From assembly GCA_963801815.1 (NCBI GenBank), contig CAWDGJ010000003.1, positions 864,001-928,000 of the forward strand: 64,000 bases of DNA. Reading direction: 5' to 3'. Both the position numbers and the translations under genes were made by a program. Below, piece by piece: positions 41,251 through 52,064 of the stretch (position 1 is its first letter; every line of letters starts with the position of its first letter). The notes beneath the pieces were generated by a model. The model did no database searches and was not told the origin of the DNA. It saw only the letters and a list, made by a program, of their open reading frames with translations. The stretch is from an uncultured Verrucomicrobiae bacterium. Its GTDB lineage: Bacteria; Verrucomicrobiota; Verrucomicrobiia; Chthoniobacterales; UBA10450.

Positions 41251-42020
41251 GGGCGCGTCTTGATTCGATAGGTCAGAAAACATTCGTCGCCAACGATGCG
41301 CATGTTTTTCATGCCACACTTTACGCTCGCCGGCAGGAATTCTTTGCTTAGTCCCGTAAGCGTCGGCGCGTTTGCTCCACCAAACAAATAAGGGGCGATT
41401 GTAAGATTGAGCTCGTCGATCAGACCGAGCGCCAGCATTGAACGAAAGAGAATTGGGCCGCCTTCGCAGGCGACACGGCGAACTTTGTAGTCCCGCCGCA
41501 AGATCCGCAGCATCTCGCGGAGATCGACATTGCTTGTCTCGCTGAAATGCACCTCGGCTTTTTTTTCCCGCAGAGCGCTTCGAACTTCTTTCGGCATTCG
41601 TTTGGTCGAGAAAATCAAGACGGGCGAGACCTCCCATTGAAAAATCTTGAGCTGAGTATCGATTCTTCCTTCCTTGGAAATGATTACTCGAAGCGGCGCC
41701 GCAGTTTGCCCGCGCTTGATCCGTTCCTGTCGCAAATCTTCCGAAACGCCGAGCCGGAGATTATCGTGCTTGAGTGTGCTGTGACCGATTAACACCGCGT
41801 CGGCCAGAGCCCGTTGTCGAAACAAGTGCTGTTTGTCTTCGCGCGATGTGAAATCAACTGGCGTGAAATCGCGAGTGGTAATTTTGCCGTCGACCGTCAT
41901 GGCAAACGTCGCACTGACGAAAGGGCGTTTCTTCTGTAGGGGAAGCCGTTGGCTTCCCTTTTTTTTGCGCGAGACGCTAACAGCGTCTCCTACAGATCTA
42001 TTGCGACTCACCGATTTCAT
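41247..42020 (-). CDS. RibD C-terminal / dihydrofolate reductase-fold protein
   Basis: AMTVDGKI, RALADAVLIG, CEGG, LIDELNLTIAPYLFGG; the N-terminus includes an in-frame REP doublet. Confidence 0.85.
   Translation of the reverse strand: MKSVSRNRSVGDAVSVSRKKKGSQRLPLQKKRPFVSATFAMTVDGKITTRDFTPVDFTSREDKQHLFRQRALADAVLIGHSTLKHDNLRLGVSEDLRQERIKRGQTAAPLRVIISKEGRIDTQLKIFQWEVSPVLIFSTKRMPKEVRSALREKKAEVHFSETSNVDLREMLRILRRDYKVRRVACEGGPILFRSMLALGLIDELNLTIAPYLFGGANAPTLTGLSKEFLPASVKCGMKNMRIVGDECFLTYRIKTRP
41934..41995. repeat. GTAG-type REP doublet in the 5' end of the RibD-like gene
   Basis: CTGTAGGGGAAGCCGTTGGCTTCCC ... GAGACGCTAACAGCGTCTCCTACAG. Confidence 0.82.
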
Positions 42021-43023
42021 GCTCCATGGTGGCGACTTCGCGTTGCATCTCGCGCATCCGGACACGGCCCTCCACTCCGCTCGGCCGGTAGAAGAAATAA
42101 ACGATTCCGCCAGGCAGACAGCATACGACCATGATCAGAAAACTCAGCGAACCAATTAACACGGCGACGCCCTCGTTTACGCCGCAGACTTGATGGAGCA
42201 TCGTTTGGAGCACCCTTTCGCGAATTCCAACTCCTGCGAAGCTGATCGGCAGGGCCGAGATCGTACGTTCGATTGGGAGGACAGCAAAAAAATTCGTGAC
42301 AACCACATCGGCCCGCAAGGCGAAGGCCGCGCATAGAAACGTGGTGAAAGTAGCGAGATGCGCGACCAGCGAGGCGCAAAATGCGACGGAAGTGGCAATC
42401 CAATGGTGCGCATAAAGATGATATGCAGCTGCAATCTCAATGAGTTTGTCGCGGCCGGGAAATTTATGAGGCAGCCAATGAAAGAGATTGAACCCACTGA
42501 CCACAAAACTGGCGATAAGGCTGGCGATCGAAGCGCCCAGCAGAACGAGCAGAATCCAGAGATAACGGCGCGTCTCGTGGGTTTGCGCGAGCAAATCAAA
42601 ATGCATGCTGACCAACGTGACCGTGATCACGACCAGCGCCACAAGGCCAATGAAGCGATCGAACACCACTGCCAGCAGCGCGCCTGCTTTGCGATCAGTT
42701 TCTTTCAGCAACAGATAACTCTTAATGATATCGCCACCGGTGCCGCCGGGCAGAAATTGATTGTAAAACATGCCAATCAAAAACAATCCTGCGAGTCGCG
42801 ACGGACGGAGATTAATTCCCTGGACCTTGAGCAAAACGTGCCAACGAAACGCCGCCGCGGCTTCGACCACAAAATAGGCAAGCATGCCGGCGATGAGCCA
42901 TTCAAAGCGCGCGTGAACAATGGCCTCGCGCATTTCCGAGAGTTTCTTCGGATCGTGATAGACCCAGTAAAGCAGGCCCACCGTGACTGCGAGCTGAACG
43001 ATAGTGATGAGGATTTTTTTCAC
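41998..43023 (-). CDS. Lysylphosphatidylglycerol synthase TM domain (UPF0104) membrane protein
   Basis: RWHVLL, FYNQFLPGGTGGDIIK, FDRFIGL, LPISFAGVGIRE; GTG start overlaps the upstream stop. Confidence 0.88.
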   Translation of the reverse strand: MKKILITIVQLAVTVGLLYWVYHDPKKLSEMREAIVHARFEWLIAGMLAYFVVEAAAAFRWHVLLKVQGINLRPSRLAGLFLIGMFYNQFLPGGTGGDIIKSYLLLKETDRKAGALLAVVFDRFIGLVALVVITVTLVSMHFDLLAQTHETRRYLWILLVLLGASIASLIASFVVSGFNLFHWLPHKFPGRDKLIEIAAAYHLYAHHWIATSVAFCASLVAHLATFTTFLCAAFALRADVVVTNFFAVLPIERTISALPISFAGVGIRERVLQTMLHQVCGVNEGVAVLIGSLSFLIMVVCCLPGGIVYFFYRPSGVEGRVRMREMQREVATMEHEIGESQ

Positions 43024-43931
43024 GAACCGAAATGTTTTTTCCACTTTGCGACGGAGTTCTGAATCTCCTCCACCGTTTTTCGCGGGCTCATTTCCCATAC
43101 CCACGCGCAATCCTTTGGCAAAAGCGGGACTAGTTTCAAAAGATCGACATCGCCGGCAAAAGGTGGTTGATGGTCCTGCGCCGGCCAGATGCAATCCTGA
43201 ACGTGACAGCCAAACGCACGCGGACCGATTTGTCGGAGCCAATCGGCATGATCGAGAAACGCGAGGTTTTCCTTGATTTGAATATGTCCAAAGTCGTGCC
43301 AATAACCGACCTGCGGTGAGTTCAATTCGTCCAGCAATGCCGGCAGCTCGCGCTCGCTCGGAATTTCCTCGTAACCGCGGCGGCCTTCGATTCCGAGCTT
43401 CACTTTCTTGCCGGAGGCGTAATCGACGACCCGTTTCATGCACTCCTTCACCAGCTCGAGGTGCCCCGGCGCGGTCGCTTCGCGTTTTTCCACGGCGCGA
43501 ATTTTCTCCTGAACATATTCGCGCGACAAGAGTTTGCCTTTCCGCGCGAGCTTTATCAGGTCATCCGTGATCGGTTTCATTGGAACTTCGCCAAGATGCA
43601 TGACCACAAACGGCGCATCGAGGCGTTCGGCGAAATCGATCGTTTGAAACGTTTGTTTCACCGCACGCTCGCGTTCCTTGGCGTAGGGCGACGAAAATTG
43701 ATAGCAATCCGGAGATGCGCCCATCACTTCAACCGGGAGTGGACAAAAATTGTGTAGACTGCTGAGCTTCACCTTGCCCGCGTCGAACATTTCCTGAATG
43801 CCCGGCATCAGCGAAATACGAATGCCATGACCGAGTTCGATGCGTTCGAATCCGAGATCGAGGATCTCGCGCAGCATTTCCCCGCCGTCGGTGTGCCGGC
43901 TTGAGTTCCAACAGGTCGAGAATGAAATCAT
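43020..43931 (-). CDS. Sugar phosphate isomerase/epimerase (xylose isomerase-like TIM barrel)
   Basis: IELGH, SLHNFCP, LGIEGR, WHDFGH, CHVQD, DHQPP. Confidence 0.85.
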   Translation of the reverse strand: MISFSTCWNSSRHTDGGEMLREILDLGFERIELGHGIRISLMPGIQEMFDAGKVKLSSLHNFCPLPVEVMGASPDCYQFSSPYAKERERAVKQTFQTIDFAERLDAPFVVMHLGEVPMKPITDDLIKLARKGKLLSREYVQEKIRAVEKREATAPGHLELVKECMKRVVDYASGKKVKLGIEGRRGYEEIPSERELPALLDELNSPQVGYWHDFGHIQIKENLAFLDHADWLRQIGPRAFGCHVQDCIWPAQDHQPPFAGDVDLLKLVPLLPKDCAWVWEMSPRKTVEEIQNSVAKWKKHFGS

Positions 43932-43947
43932 CGGCTCGACGAAGTTC

Positions 43948-45243
43948 TCAAACCATTGTAGCAGCAGAAGCCGCCGCCGGAGTGCCGATCTTCGTTTCAG
44001 AAACGCCGGGCTCCGCACATTGTTTGCGAACGCGGGCCAGCACGAACAACGTGATCGCGCCATAAGTCACCGCCGCAATCGCCAGAGCCGTCCGCATTCC
44101 GATAAAGTCGGAAAGGCTCGTCACTCCGAGTCCGGCGATCGGCATCAGCCCGACAAAACTCAGCATGAACACAGCGGAGACGCGGCCGCGCAGATAATCC
44201 GGCGCGCGTTCCTGAACGATCGTGCTGCAAAGACCGAAATTCGTAGCCAGGCCTAACGAGTTCAGTACGAGCAGCCCTGTTGCCACATAAAAGCTCGGGC
44301 CGCGGGACAAACCGAAAATCGCACCAGAAACGCCGACTGCGCAGATCATCATCAGCGGAACACGCTTGGCACGCGGCAGGCCGATTAGAAAGATCGAGCC
44401 GACCAGTGACCCGACGGCCGATGCGCCCATCAGAAATCCGAGGCGATCAGGACCGAGTCCGAGCACCATTCGTACGTAAAGCGGCATCATGACGGTTATG
44501 ATCGGGAAAATGCAAAGTGATTGCGTCGCAATCAGCGTCACCATCGCCAAACTCGGCGTGTCATTGAAGACGAAGCGAAAACCGTCTTTGATTCCGCTAG
44601 TGCGCTTTTCTTCTTCTTCGGCCGATCCTTTTCGCCTCGGCGGTAAGGAGAGAATCGCGACGATCAATGCCACGAAGGAGAAAGCATTTGCAAAAAAAGC
44701 GGACGCCGTTCCCAGCCAGTTAATCAAATATCCGCCGATCGTCGGGCCGAACACGCGCGAGCCGTGAAACACCGAGCGGTCGATGGATATGCCGCTTTGA
44801 ATTTGGTCGCGATCGACCAACTCGGGCACCAGCGCCGACAGCGTCGGCATTTCAAACGAATTGGAAACGCCGAGAACCGCCGCGAAAGCCAGGATGTGCC
44901 AGATCCGGATTTGTCCCGTCATGACCAGGAATCCGATTCCGCAGGCGATGCCGATCTGAACGAACTGCGTGATTAGCAAAATTTTCCGTTTGTCGAATCG
45001 ATCGGCGGCCGAACCACCGATCATCGTCAATAGCAGCATCGGCAAGCCGGCGGTCAGATTAGCCATGCCGAGCCAGACCGCTTTGGTCGTAAGCGTGCTC
45101 ATCACATAACCCTGCGCCATCACTTGCATCCACGTTCCGGTATCCGAAATCGCGGACCCGATGATGTAACGACGGAATGGACCATGGCGCAGTACGCCCA
45201 CGGAATTGCCAATGGTCAGTTTCACTTCCGCGCTCATCGCCAA
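43948..45243 (-). CDS. MFS transporter
   Basis: About 12 TM segments, [12 protein letters not shown] motif [13 protein letters not shown]. Confidence 0.92.
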   Translation of the reverse strand: MAMSAEVKLTIGNSVGVLRHGPFRRYIIGSAISDTGTWMQVMAQGYVMSTLTTKAVWLGMANLTAGLPMLLLTMIGGSAADRFDKRKILLITQFVQIGIACGIGFLVMTGQIRIWHILAFAAVLGVSNSFEMPTLSALVPELVDRDQIQSGISIDRSVFHGSRVFGPTIGGYLINWLGTASAFFANAFSFVALIVAILSLPPRRKGSAEEEEKRTSGIKDGFRFVFNDTPSLAMVTLIATQSLCIFPIITVMMPLYVRMVLGLGPDRLGFLMGASAVGSLVGSIFLIGLPRAKRVPLMMICAVGVSGAIFGLSRGPSFYVATGLLVLNSLGLATNFGLCSTIVQERAPDYLRGRVSAVFMLSFVGLMPIAGLGVTSLSDFIGMRTALAIAAVTYGAITLFVLARVRKQCAEPGVSETKIGTPAAASAATMV

Positions 45244-45324
45244 GACTCATACGCGGTCAGGCCTCAACTCGCAATCGGTGTTGCACGTGATTGCTCCCGA
45301 GGTTGCGTTCGCTATTTTCCAGGA

Positions 45325-47985
45325 ATGCGGGTCGACCGGTTCACCCAAAAAATGCAGGAAGCGCTCCAGGCCGCGCAGGACCTTGCTTCGCAATCAAACC
45401 ATCAGGAAATCACCAACGAACATTTCCTGGTGTCGCTCCTAGATCAATCCGACGGGATCACGCAGCCGTTGCTCGAGAAGATCGGCGTTCAACCAAATCA
45501 ATTGCGCGATCAGCTGATGACCGAGCTGAATCGCAAGCCGTGCGTTACCGGGGCTGTTGATCTTCGCCTTTCGAACGAACTTCGTACCGTTCTCGACGCT
45601 TCCGAGAAGGAGATGGCCAAGCTGAAGGATGAATACACCAGCGCCGAGCATTATTTGCTCGCGTTGGTTGGATCGAGTGTTCCCGCAGCCAGGATGCTGA
45701 AGGACCTCGGCGTTACGCACGCGAAGTTGATGCAGGCGTTGCAACAGGTTAGGGGGTCGCAACGCGTGACGGACCAAAACCCGGAAGGAAAATATCAAAC
45801 GCTTGAGAAATACGGTCGAGATCTGACCGCGCTCGCGCGTCGCGGCAAGATCGATCCCGTCATTGGCCGCGATAACGAAATTCGCCGCATCATGCAAGTG
45901 CTGTCACGACGCACGAAAAATAATCCGGTGCTGATTGGTGATCCCGGTGTTGGCAAGACTGCGATCGTCGAGGGTCTCGCGCGGCGAATTATTTCCGGCG
46001 ACGTGCCCGAGTCTTTGAAAAACAAGAAGCTCATCGGGATGGACATTGGCTCGATGATCGCGGGTGCAAAGTTCCGCGGCGAATTCGAAGATCGACTGAA
46101 AGCGTTCCTGAAAGAAGTCACTGATTCACAGGGCGAGATCATTCTCTTCATCGACGAGCTCCACACCATCGTGGGGGCGGGCGCGGCCGAAGGATCGGTC
46201 GACGCGTCGAATATGTTGAAGCCGATGCTGGCTCGCGGCGAGTTGCGCACGATCGGCGCGACCACGCTCGATGAGTATCGCAAGTACATCGAGAAAGACG
46301 CTGCGCTCGAACGCCGGTTTCAACCGGTGATGGTGAACGAGCCAAGCGTGGAAGATACCATCGCGATTCTGCGTGGGTTAAAGGAGCGTTACGAGGTGCA
46401 TCATGGCGTCCGCATCACTGACGCTGCTCTCGTTGCGGCCGCGGTCTTGTCGAATCGTTACATCACCGAGCGCTTTCTTCCCGATAAAGCGATTGATTTG
46501 GTCGATGAGGCCGCTTCGCGATTGAAGATCGAGCTCGATTCGATGCCGACCGAGATCGACGTGATCGAGCGCGAGATCATGCAGCACGAGATGGAGCGAC
46601 AGGCGCTCAAGAAGGAAAAAGATCCCGCGAGCAAGGAACGGCTGAAGAAACTCGAGAAAGAACTGGCCGAGCTGAAGGAGAAATCGGGCGCATTGAAAGC
46701 CGAGTGGCAGAAGGAGAAAGCGGTCATCGACGAGCAACGGAAATGGAAAGAACAACTCGATCAGTTCCGCACGGAGCTAGAGCGAGCAACGCGGCGCGGG
46801 GAATTGGCCAAAGCCAGCGAGCTTCAGTACGGAAAGATTCCGGAACTGGAAAGAAAGTTGGGTGGACTAACCGATCAGGGGAGCACACGCGCCTCGCGTG
46901 TTTCGTCCGGCGCCTCGCCGGACGGGAAGGCATCTTCGTCGAGGGCGCCGAAGACGGCTGGCGAGGGCGCTGGTGTTCCCCGGAGAAGATTGCTTCGCGA
47001 AGAAGTGACCGAGGAAGATATCGCAGAAGTCGTTTCCAATTGGACGCACATCCCGGTTTCGCGATTGCAGGAAGGCGAGCGCGAAAAGTTGATAAAACTT
47101 GAGGAGCATTTGCATCAGCGCGTCGTCGATCAAGAACGGGCGATCAAAGCCGTTTCGAACGCCGTGCGTCGCGCTCGCGCCGGCCTACAGGATCCAAATC
47201 GGCCGCTCGGCTCGTTCATTTTTCTTGGGCCGACCGGCGTCGGCAAAACCGAGCTCTCGCGTGCGCTCGCGGAATTTTTGTTCGACGACGAGCACGCCAT
47301 GATTCGAATCGACATGAGCGAATACATGGAGAAACACACCGTCGCGCGATTGATCGGCGCGCCGCCAGGTTATGTCGGGTACGAGGAAGGCGGCCAACTT
47401 TCCGAAGCCGTTCGGCGCCGGCCCTATTCAGTCGTTTTGTTCGACGAGATCGAAAAAGCTCACCAGGACGTGTTTAACGTGCTGTTGCAAGTGTTGGATG
47501 ACGGCCGGATCACCGACGGGCAGGGACGCACTGTAGATTTCAAGAACACGGTCATCATCATGACGTCGAACATCGGCTCGCAATACATTCTCGAGGAGGA
47601 ACAAACGCAGGAAGCTCGCGAGCGCCTCGTTATGGACGCGCTGCGCGGGCATTTTCGTCCCGAATTTCTGAATCGCGTCGACGAGATCATTATCTTCGAT
47701 CGTTTAAGCGAGGATGATTTGAAAAAGATTGTCGAAATCCAATTGCGCCACTTAACGAAGCGACTCGAGCAACAAAAGATCACGCTCGATCTTTCCGATG
47801 CGGCAAAATCGTATCTTGCGCGCGAAGGTTACGATCCCGTTTACGGCGCGCGCCCACTCCGTCGTGTGATCCAGAAGGAAATTCTCGATCCGCTCTCCAT
47901 TCAGATCCTCGAAGGCAAAGTTCGCGAAGGCCAAATCGTTCGCGTCGATCTGAAGGACGGCAAGCTCATGTTTCGAGAGAAGTGA
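45325..47985 (+). CDS. clpB: ATP-dependent chaperone ClpB with in-frame palindromic insertion
   Basis: Two AAA+ modules ([16 protein letters not shown]), M-domain [26 protein letters not shown]. Confidence 0.97.
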   Translation: MRVDRFTQKMQEALQAAQDLASQSNHQEITNEHFLVSLLDQSDGITQPLLEKIGVQPNQLRDQLMTELNRKPCVTGAVDLRLSNELRTVLDASEKEMAKLKDEYTSAEHYLLALVGSSVPAARMLKDLGVTHAKLMQALQQVRGSQRVTDQNPEGKYQTLEKYGRDLTALARRGKIDPVIGRDNEIRRIMQVLSRRTKNNPVLIGDPGVGKTAIVEGLARRIISGDVPESLKNKKLIGMDIGSMIAGAKFRGEFEDRLKAFLKEVTDSQGEIILFIDELHTIVGAGAAEGSVDASNMLKPMLARGELRTIGATTLDEYRKYIEKDAALERRFQPVMVNEPSVEDTIAILRGLKERYEVHHGVRITDAALVAAAVLSNRYITERFLPDKAIDLVDEAASRLKIELDSMPTEIDVIEREIMQHEMERQALKKEKDPASKERLKKLEKELAELKEKSGALKAEWQKEKAVIDEQRKWKEQLDQFRTELERATRRGELAKASELQYGKIPELERKLGGLTDQGSTRASRVSSGASPDGKASSSRAPKTAGEGAGVPRRRLLREEVTEEDIAEVVSNWTHIPVSRLQEGEREKLIKLEEHLHQRVVDQERAIKAVSNAVRRARAGLQDPNRPLGSFIFLGPTGVGKTELSRALAEFLFDDEHAMIRIDMSEYMEKHTVARLIGAPPGYVGYEEGGQLSEAVRRRPYSVVLFDEIEKAHQDVFNVLLQVLDDGRITDGQGRTVDFKNTVIIMTSNIGSQYILEEEQTQEARERLVMDALRGHFRPEFLNRVDEIIIFDRLSEDDLKKIVEIQLRHLTKRLEQQKITLDLSDAAKSYLAREGYDPVYGARPLRRVIQKEILDPLSIQILEGKVREGQIVRVDLKDGKLMFREK
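46878..46981. repeat. GC-rich nested palindrome in frame in clpB
   Basis: GGGGAGCACACGCGCCTCGCGTG..CGTCCGGCGCCTCGCCGGACG..GGCGAGGGCGCTGGTGTTCCCC. Confidence 0.85.
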
Positions 47986-48031
47986 CGGTGAGCCGTTTGG
48001 ACGCATTTGATGTTGCAGCTTTTTTTTCATT

Positions 48032-48309
48032 GGTGCAGCAGCGCAGGTCGCACGGACAGGCTTATTTAGTTCGGTGCTTGAGAGCAAGCATCGCTACACC
48101 TTCGTCGATGTGAATCTGGTCTGAGGTGGATCGGCCGCTCCGCGGGCGATGCATAATTAATGCGGCGTCGCCGCCAATTTTAACAACGCGCAAGGGACTA
48201 CGCGTTCCACCTACGAAAACGCGCTCGGAGAATCATGCCGCCCTGCGGCAATCCAAAAACCGGGCACATTCTGAATGCGCTAGCGGTTGAGAGCAACCGC
48301 CGCTACAAC
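48032..48309. repeat. Cluster of REP-like palindromes (GTAG and GTGG types) between convergent genes
   Basis: CGGTGCTTGAGAGCAAGCATCGCTACA (to 48098); AGGTGGA...TCCACCT (48124-48212); GCGGTTGAGAGCAACCGCCGCTACAA (48283-48308). Confidence 0.8.
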
Positions 48310-48328
48310 ATCGTCGTCTTAACGAATT

Positions 48329-49454
48329 CTAAGCCGCCATGACTTGCTTAAAGGCGCTAACGAACGACTCCATCTCCGAGTGTTTGCCAATCGTCAATCG
48401 CATGTGAGTCGGATACGCGGGAAATAAGCGCCCGACGGCGACGTTCTTATCTTTCATTCCTTTGATGAGCGGCACTACTGGTTTCTTGCAGTCGAACATG
48501 ATGAAGTTGGCCTGCGAAGGAATCGATTTGTAACCGAGTTTGTCGAGCTCAGTCAGCGTCCAGTTTTTCGCGTCGCTGTTCATCTTGCGACCGTTGGTGA
48601 CTTGATCGGCATCGTCCAGGCTCGCGCTCGCCGCGGCCAGCGCCATCACATTCACGCTGTCCCACATTTGGAAGCCGTGCATTTTCTTGATCGTGTCCGG
48701 CTGCGGCGACGCAATAACCGCAACGCAATCCGGCCATGCCGTAAATCTTCGAGAACGTCCGCGCCACGATCAGGTTCGGATGATCTTTCACCAGCGGGAT
48801 CACGCTCTCGTAATCCGGACTGTCGGCGTAATGAAAATACGCTTCGTCGACGAGAATCATCGTCTCCGGTGAAGTTTTGGCGATGAAATCGCGAAGATCG
48901 TTCTTTGGCGTAACACTCGCCGTCGGATTGTTCGGGTTGCAGATATAAATAAGGCCCTTCTGCGCGGCGGCGCTCATTTTCTCGAGATCGTGCCCGTAAC
49001 TGGAGGTCAACGGAACCTTTACGACATCCGCGCCGCCCGCTTTCGAATATTCCAGGATCGCTTCGAATGTTGGATCGGCGACCACGAGTTTGCCTTGCGC
49101 CGGACCGGTGAAAGTTTCGGCACAAAGTTTCAAGATCTCGCTTGAGCCGTCGCCGAGCACGACTTGATCGCGATTGATGTTGTTGATCTTCGCGATCTTG
49201 TCGATCAGGACGTCGTTCGCCTCGTCCGGATAACGATTGCACACGCCGTGCGCGTTCTTCATCGCTTCATGGGCTTTCGCGGACGGTCCGTAGGGATTTT
49301 CATTCGCGCTAAGCCGAACCACACCCGTCTTGGCGGGGGCGGGAACTGTTGCAGATTCTTTTGCGATAGTGATGCGCGGACGAACAATCGCTGCCGCGGC
49401 GCCGATACCGAGCAAATGAGCAAACTGACGACGAGAAATGGAATGGGTGTTCAT
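48329..49454 (-). CDS. Tat-signal class I/II PLP aminotransferase (HisC-like), frameshift near 48705
   Basis: SRRQF twin-arginine signal, LSANENPYGP, CNPNNPT, VDEAY, RTFSKIYGMAGLRCGY; C-part PSQANF..MRLTIG in ORF 48329..48682. Confidence 0.88.
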
Positions 49455-49523
49455 AGAGCTTCTCCGGTTTTCATTTTGCGCCGGATAACGCGTTTGTGCG
49501 AGTGGGAATTTATGGCCTACGAC

Positions 49524-49592
49524 GTTGTAGAGGCGCTTGTCTCAAGCGCCTGTTTATTTAATTCGGTGCTTGAGAACAAGCACCGCTACAAC
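49524..49592. repeat. GTAG-type REP doublet
   Basis: GTTGTAGAGGCGCTTGTCTCAAGCGCCT ... GGTGCTTGAGAACAAGCACCGCTACAAC. Confidence 0.88.
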
Positions 49593-49605
49593 AACCTTGA
49601 TTCCA

Positions 49606-50394
49606 ATGCTCGGGTTTCTCAAAGATCGACAACGTAAGCGGCTCAAGGCGCAGCCGTTTCCGAATGAATGGCTGAAGATCATTGAGCGCAACGTCGCGTT
49701 TTTCGTGCGGCTGTCGGAAAAGGACAAGACTGATCTTCTCGAGCACGTTCAGGTTTTTCTCGCGGAAAAGAATTTTGAAGGTTGCGCGGAGCAGGAGATT
49801 ACCGATGAAGTGCGGATAACAATCGCGGCGCAGGCCTGCCTCCTGTTGTTGCGTCGTAAGACCGATTATTTTCCGCGCCTGCTGACGATCCTGGTTTATC
49901 CGTCAAGCTACCTAGCGGACGAGCAACGGCCGATTACAGCCGACATTTGGGAGGAAGGAAAAAGCGCGCGAGCCGGTGAAACCGAGCGGACGATGGGATC
50001 GATGGTGCTGGCGTGGGACGCGGTCAAATGGGGCGCGTCTGATCCGTCCGACGGCAAAAACGTGGTGCTGCACGAGTTTGCGCACCAGCTCGACTACGAG
50101 AATCTCGCCGCCGACGGGACGCCGGCGCTCGTCACACGCAAACAGCAACTGGCCTGGCGCGAAGTGATGCGGACAGAGTTCGCGTCGCTGCGTGCGGCGG
50201 AAGCGACCGGAATTCCAACGTTGCTCGACACTTACGGCGCGACCAACGCAGCGGAATTTTTTGCGGTCTCGACCGAAGCTTTTTTCGAGCGACCGGTGAT
50301 GCTTAGGTCGCAGCATCCGAGACTTTACGTCGAATTTCAGAATTACTTTCAACAGAACCCGGTGGAATTTTCGGCCGAGAGGAGTGCAGTGTAG
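49606..50394 (+). CDS. Zinc-dependent peptidase, MtfA/M90 family
   Basis: IAAQACL, ILVYP, NVVLHEFAHQLD, YGATNAAEFFAV. Confidence 0.9.
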   Translation: MLGFLKDRQRKRLKAQPFPNEWLKIIERNVAFFVRLSEKDKTDLLEHVQVFLAEKNFEGCAEQEITDEVRITIAAQACLLLLRRKTDYFPRLLTILVYPSSYLADEQRPITADIWEEGKSARAGETERTMGSMVLAWDAVKWGASDPSDGKNVVLHEFAHQLDYENLAADGTPALVTRKQQLAWREVMRTEFASLRAAEATGIPTLLDTYGATNAAEFFAVSTEAFFERPVMLRSQHPRLYVEFQNYFQQNPVEFSAERSAV

Positions 50395-50457
50395 CGACGG
50401 CCCTGCGGGCCGTAACTGCCAGTCCGGCTCGGACCGCGCCGCCGGCGCGTGGCTACA
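50390..50457. repeat. GTAG-type REP doublet containing the stop codon of the peptidase
   Basis: TGTAGCGACGGCCCTGCGGGCCGT ... ACCGCGCCGCCGGCGCGTGGCTACA. Confidence 0.8.
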
Positions 50458-50509
50458 AGATCTTCTAAGTTTGAACACGAACGCGCAAGAGGGTGTCTGA
50501 CGTTTCTGT

Positions 50510-50830
50510 ATGACGAAAATCATTGCGTTACTAGTAGCGGGAATGTTTGCAACGGGCGCGGTGTTCGCGGGTGAACACGGCGATTGCACCAAGCAAGCGG
50601 GCAATAGTGGAAAGCCGGCGTGCTCGGTTTCGTTGGCCAGCCTCAACCTGACGGCCGATCAAAAGACCAAGATGGATGCGGCGATGGCGGAGCACCACAA
50701 AGCGGGTTGTTCCGAGGCCAGCGAAGCGGCCTACATGAAAGAGGCGGAAGCCATCCTGACAAAGGAGCAGTTCGCCAAGTTCAAATCCGAGTGCACAGCG
50801 CACAAGGACAAGGCCAAGACCGAAACATAA
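50510..50830 (+). CDS. Small secreted helical protein with LTxxQ motifs, Cys and His
   Basis: Signal peptide ending VFA; LNLTADQ and ILTKEQ; four Cys. Confidence 0.8.
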   Translation: MTKIIALLVAGMFATGAVFAGEHGDCTKQAGNSGKPACSVSLASLNLTADQKTKMDAAMAEHHKAGCSEASEAAYMKEAEAILTKEQFAKFKSECTAHKDKAKTET

Positions 50831-50877
50831 GTCCGAGCCGGACTGGCGTTGTTTACAACGCTTGTTTGTTTGACGAG

Positions 50878-50914
50878 AATCGCGTTCGCTTCACGGCGAA
50901 CGCGATTTTGTTTT
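50878..50914 (+). terminator. Rho-independent terminator
   Basis: Stem AATCGCGTTCGC/GCGAACGCGATT followed by TTGTTTT. Confidence 0.75.
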
Positions 50915-50926
50915 AAACGCAAACGA

Positions 50927-52039
50927 TCATTTCACCGCTTGCGTGAGCAGATCGGCAAGACGCCAGCCGGCTTTGTGAATTTCGTCGAGGACAATCCTCG
51001 CCGACCAATCGCAGTAAGGGGTATGGTCCGGCATCGCTCTCTCCCGCGCGATGCCCGCCATGACCGGACGTCCTTGATCGAAAATCTCGTGCATGCGCAT
51101 GAACTGGAGCCGTTCATGAGCCTCACGGGCGATCGGCAGAATTTCATTCGCCCATAAGTAGGAATAATCTTTGAGCGCAACGCCTTCTGGTTGACGCCAA
51201 CTTTGTGGCTCTTCTTTCACCAACCGGTCGACCACCTTGTGTATTGCGCGCCTGGTCTCCTGGTAAGTTTCTTCTTTCGACAGCACAGCTGCCGACTCCG
51301 GCAAATTCATCAAGACGGCTTCGCTATCCCAAAACCCGTGGAGCTTCAGTCCGCGATGGTTGATCTCCGGCGGAGTCGTCCCGAACAAATGAAGGAACAC
51401 GGTGTTGCCACCCTCGTCTTCGATCCCCGCCTGTCCTTTGTCCGGATCAACGGCACGCCCCGCATGGTTGAAATAATCTGCGCCGACGTGAAGCGGCTGA
51501 TGAATATCCCCGACGTAATGGGCCAGCAAAATCACGGCCACAGATTTGGTGATTTTGCGCGGATTGCTTTCCGGGACGTCGCCGCGAATCACGTCGATGC
51601 AATACGCGATCATGTGAACAACGTCCCATTCGCTGCGACCGGTTTTGCCGTCTCGGTATTTTTCCGGATCCAAGACCGGCACATCGGTGTAATGAAACCA
51701 GTGATGTGACGGCGTGGACGACTTCGGATCCTGCGTCGGCGGATTCGCCCGCCAGAACTCGCGCAACTGATGGTCAATCTTCGGATGGTCCGCGTAATTC
51801 GGGAACGCGTTCGGATCATCGGCGCCGCTTTTGTCCCAGGCTTTGATTTCGTCGGCAATGTTCGACGCGCGTTCGAGCGTGATGCCATCAGTGAGCGCGT
51901 AAATTTTTTGCCCGGCCGGCGAGTGGGCGATCAGCTCGTCAGCAATCCCGCCGACGATTTCATGGCCCGGTGGACCATAAGCGGACAGCGGTAGGCGGAA
52001 CGCAATCAGACTGAAAGCAATTAGAAGCGGGGGGCGCAT
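50927..52039 (-). CDS. Secreted S1/P1 nuclease
   Basis: Signal peptide then YGPPGHEIV, HYTD, HYVGDIHQPLH, GGN, LHGFWD. Confidence 0.88.
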   Translation of the reverse strand: MRPPLLIAFSLIAFRLPLSAYGPPGHEIVGGIADELIAHSPAGQKIYALTDGITLERASNIADEIKAWDKSGADDPNAFPNYADHPKIDHQLREFWRANPPTQDPKSSTPSHHWFHYTDVPVLDPEKYRDGKTGRSEWDVVHMIAYCIDVIRGDVPESNPRKITKSVAVILLAHYVGDIHQPLHVGADYFNHAGRAVDPDKGQAGIEDEGGNTVFLHLFGTTPPEINHRGLKLHGFWDSEAVLMNLPESAAVLSKEETYQETRRAIHKVVDRLVKEEPQSWRQPEGVALKDYSYLWANEILPIAREAHERLQFMRMHEIFDQGRPVMAGIARERAMPDHTPYCDWSARIVLDEIHKAGWRLADLLTQAVK

Positions 52040-52064
52040 CGAATCTCTTTACTACTGAAGCCGG

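Noticed and set aside
45271..45294. CIRCE operator upstream of clpB
   Set aside because: The inverted repeat GCAATC...GATTGC does not match TTAGCACTC-N9-GAGTGCTAA.
45124..45324. N-terminal extension of ClpB in the ORF track (similar extensions for 41998..43443, 43020..44063, 23971..)
   Set aside because: Extensions overlap neighbouring genes or repeats; homology-consistent starts lie downstream.
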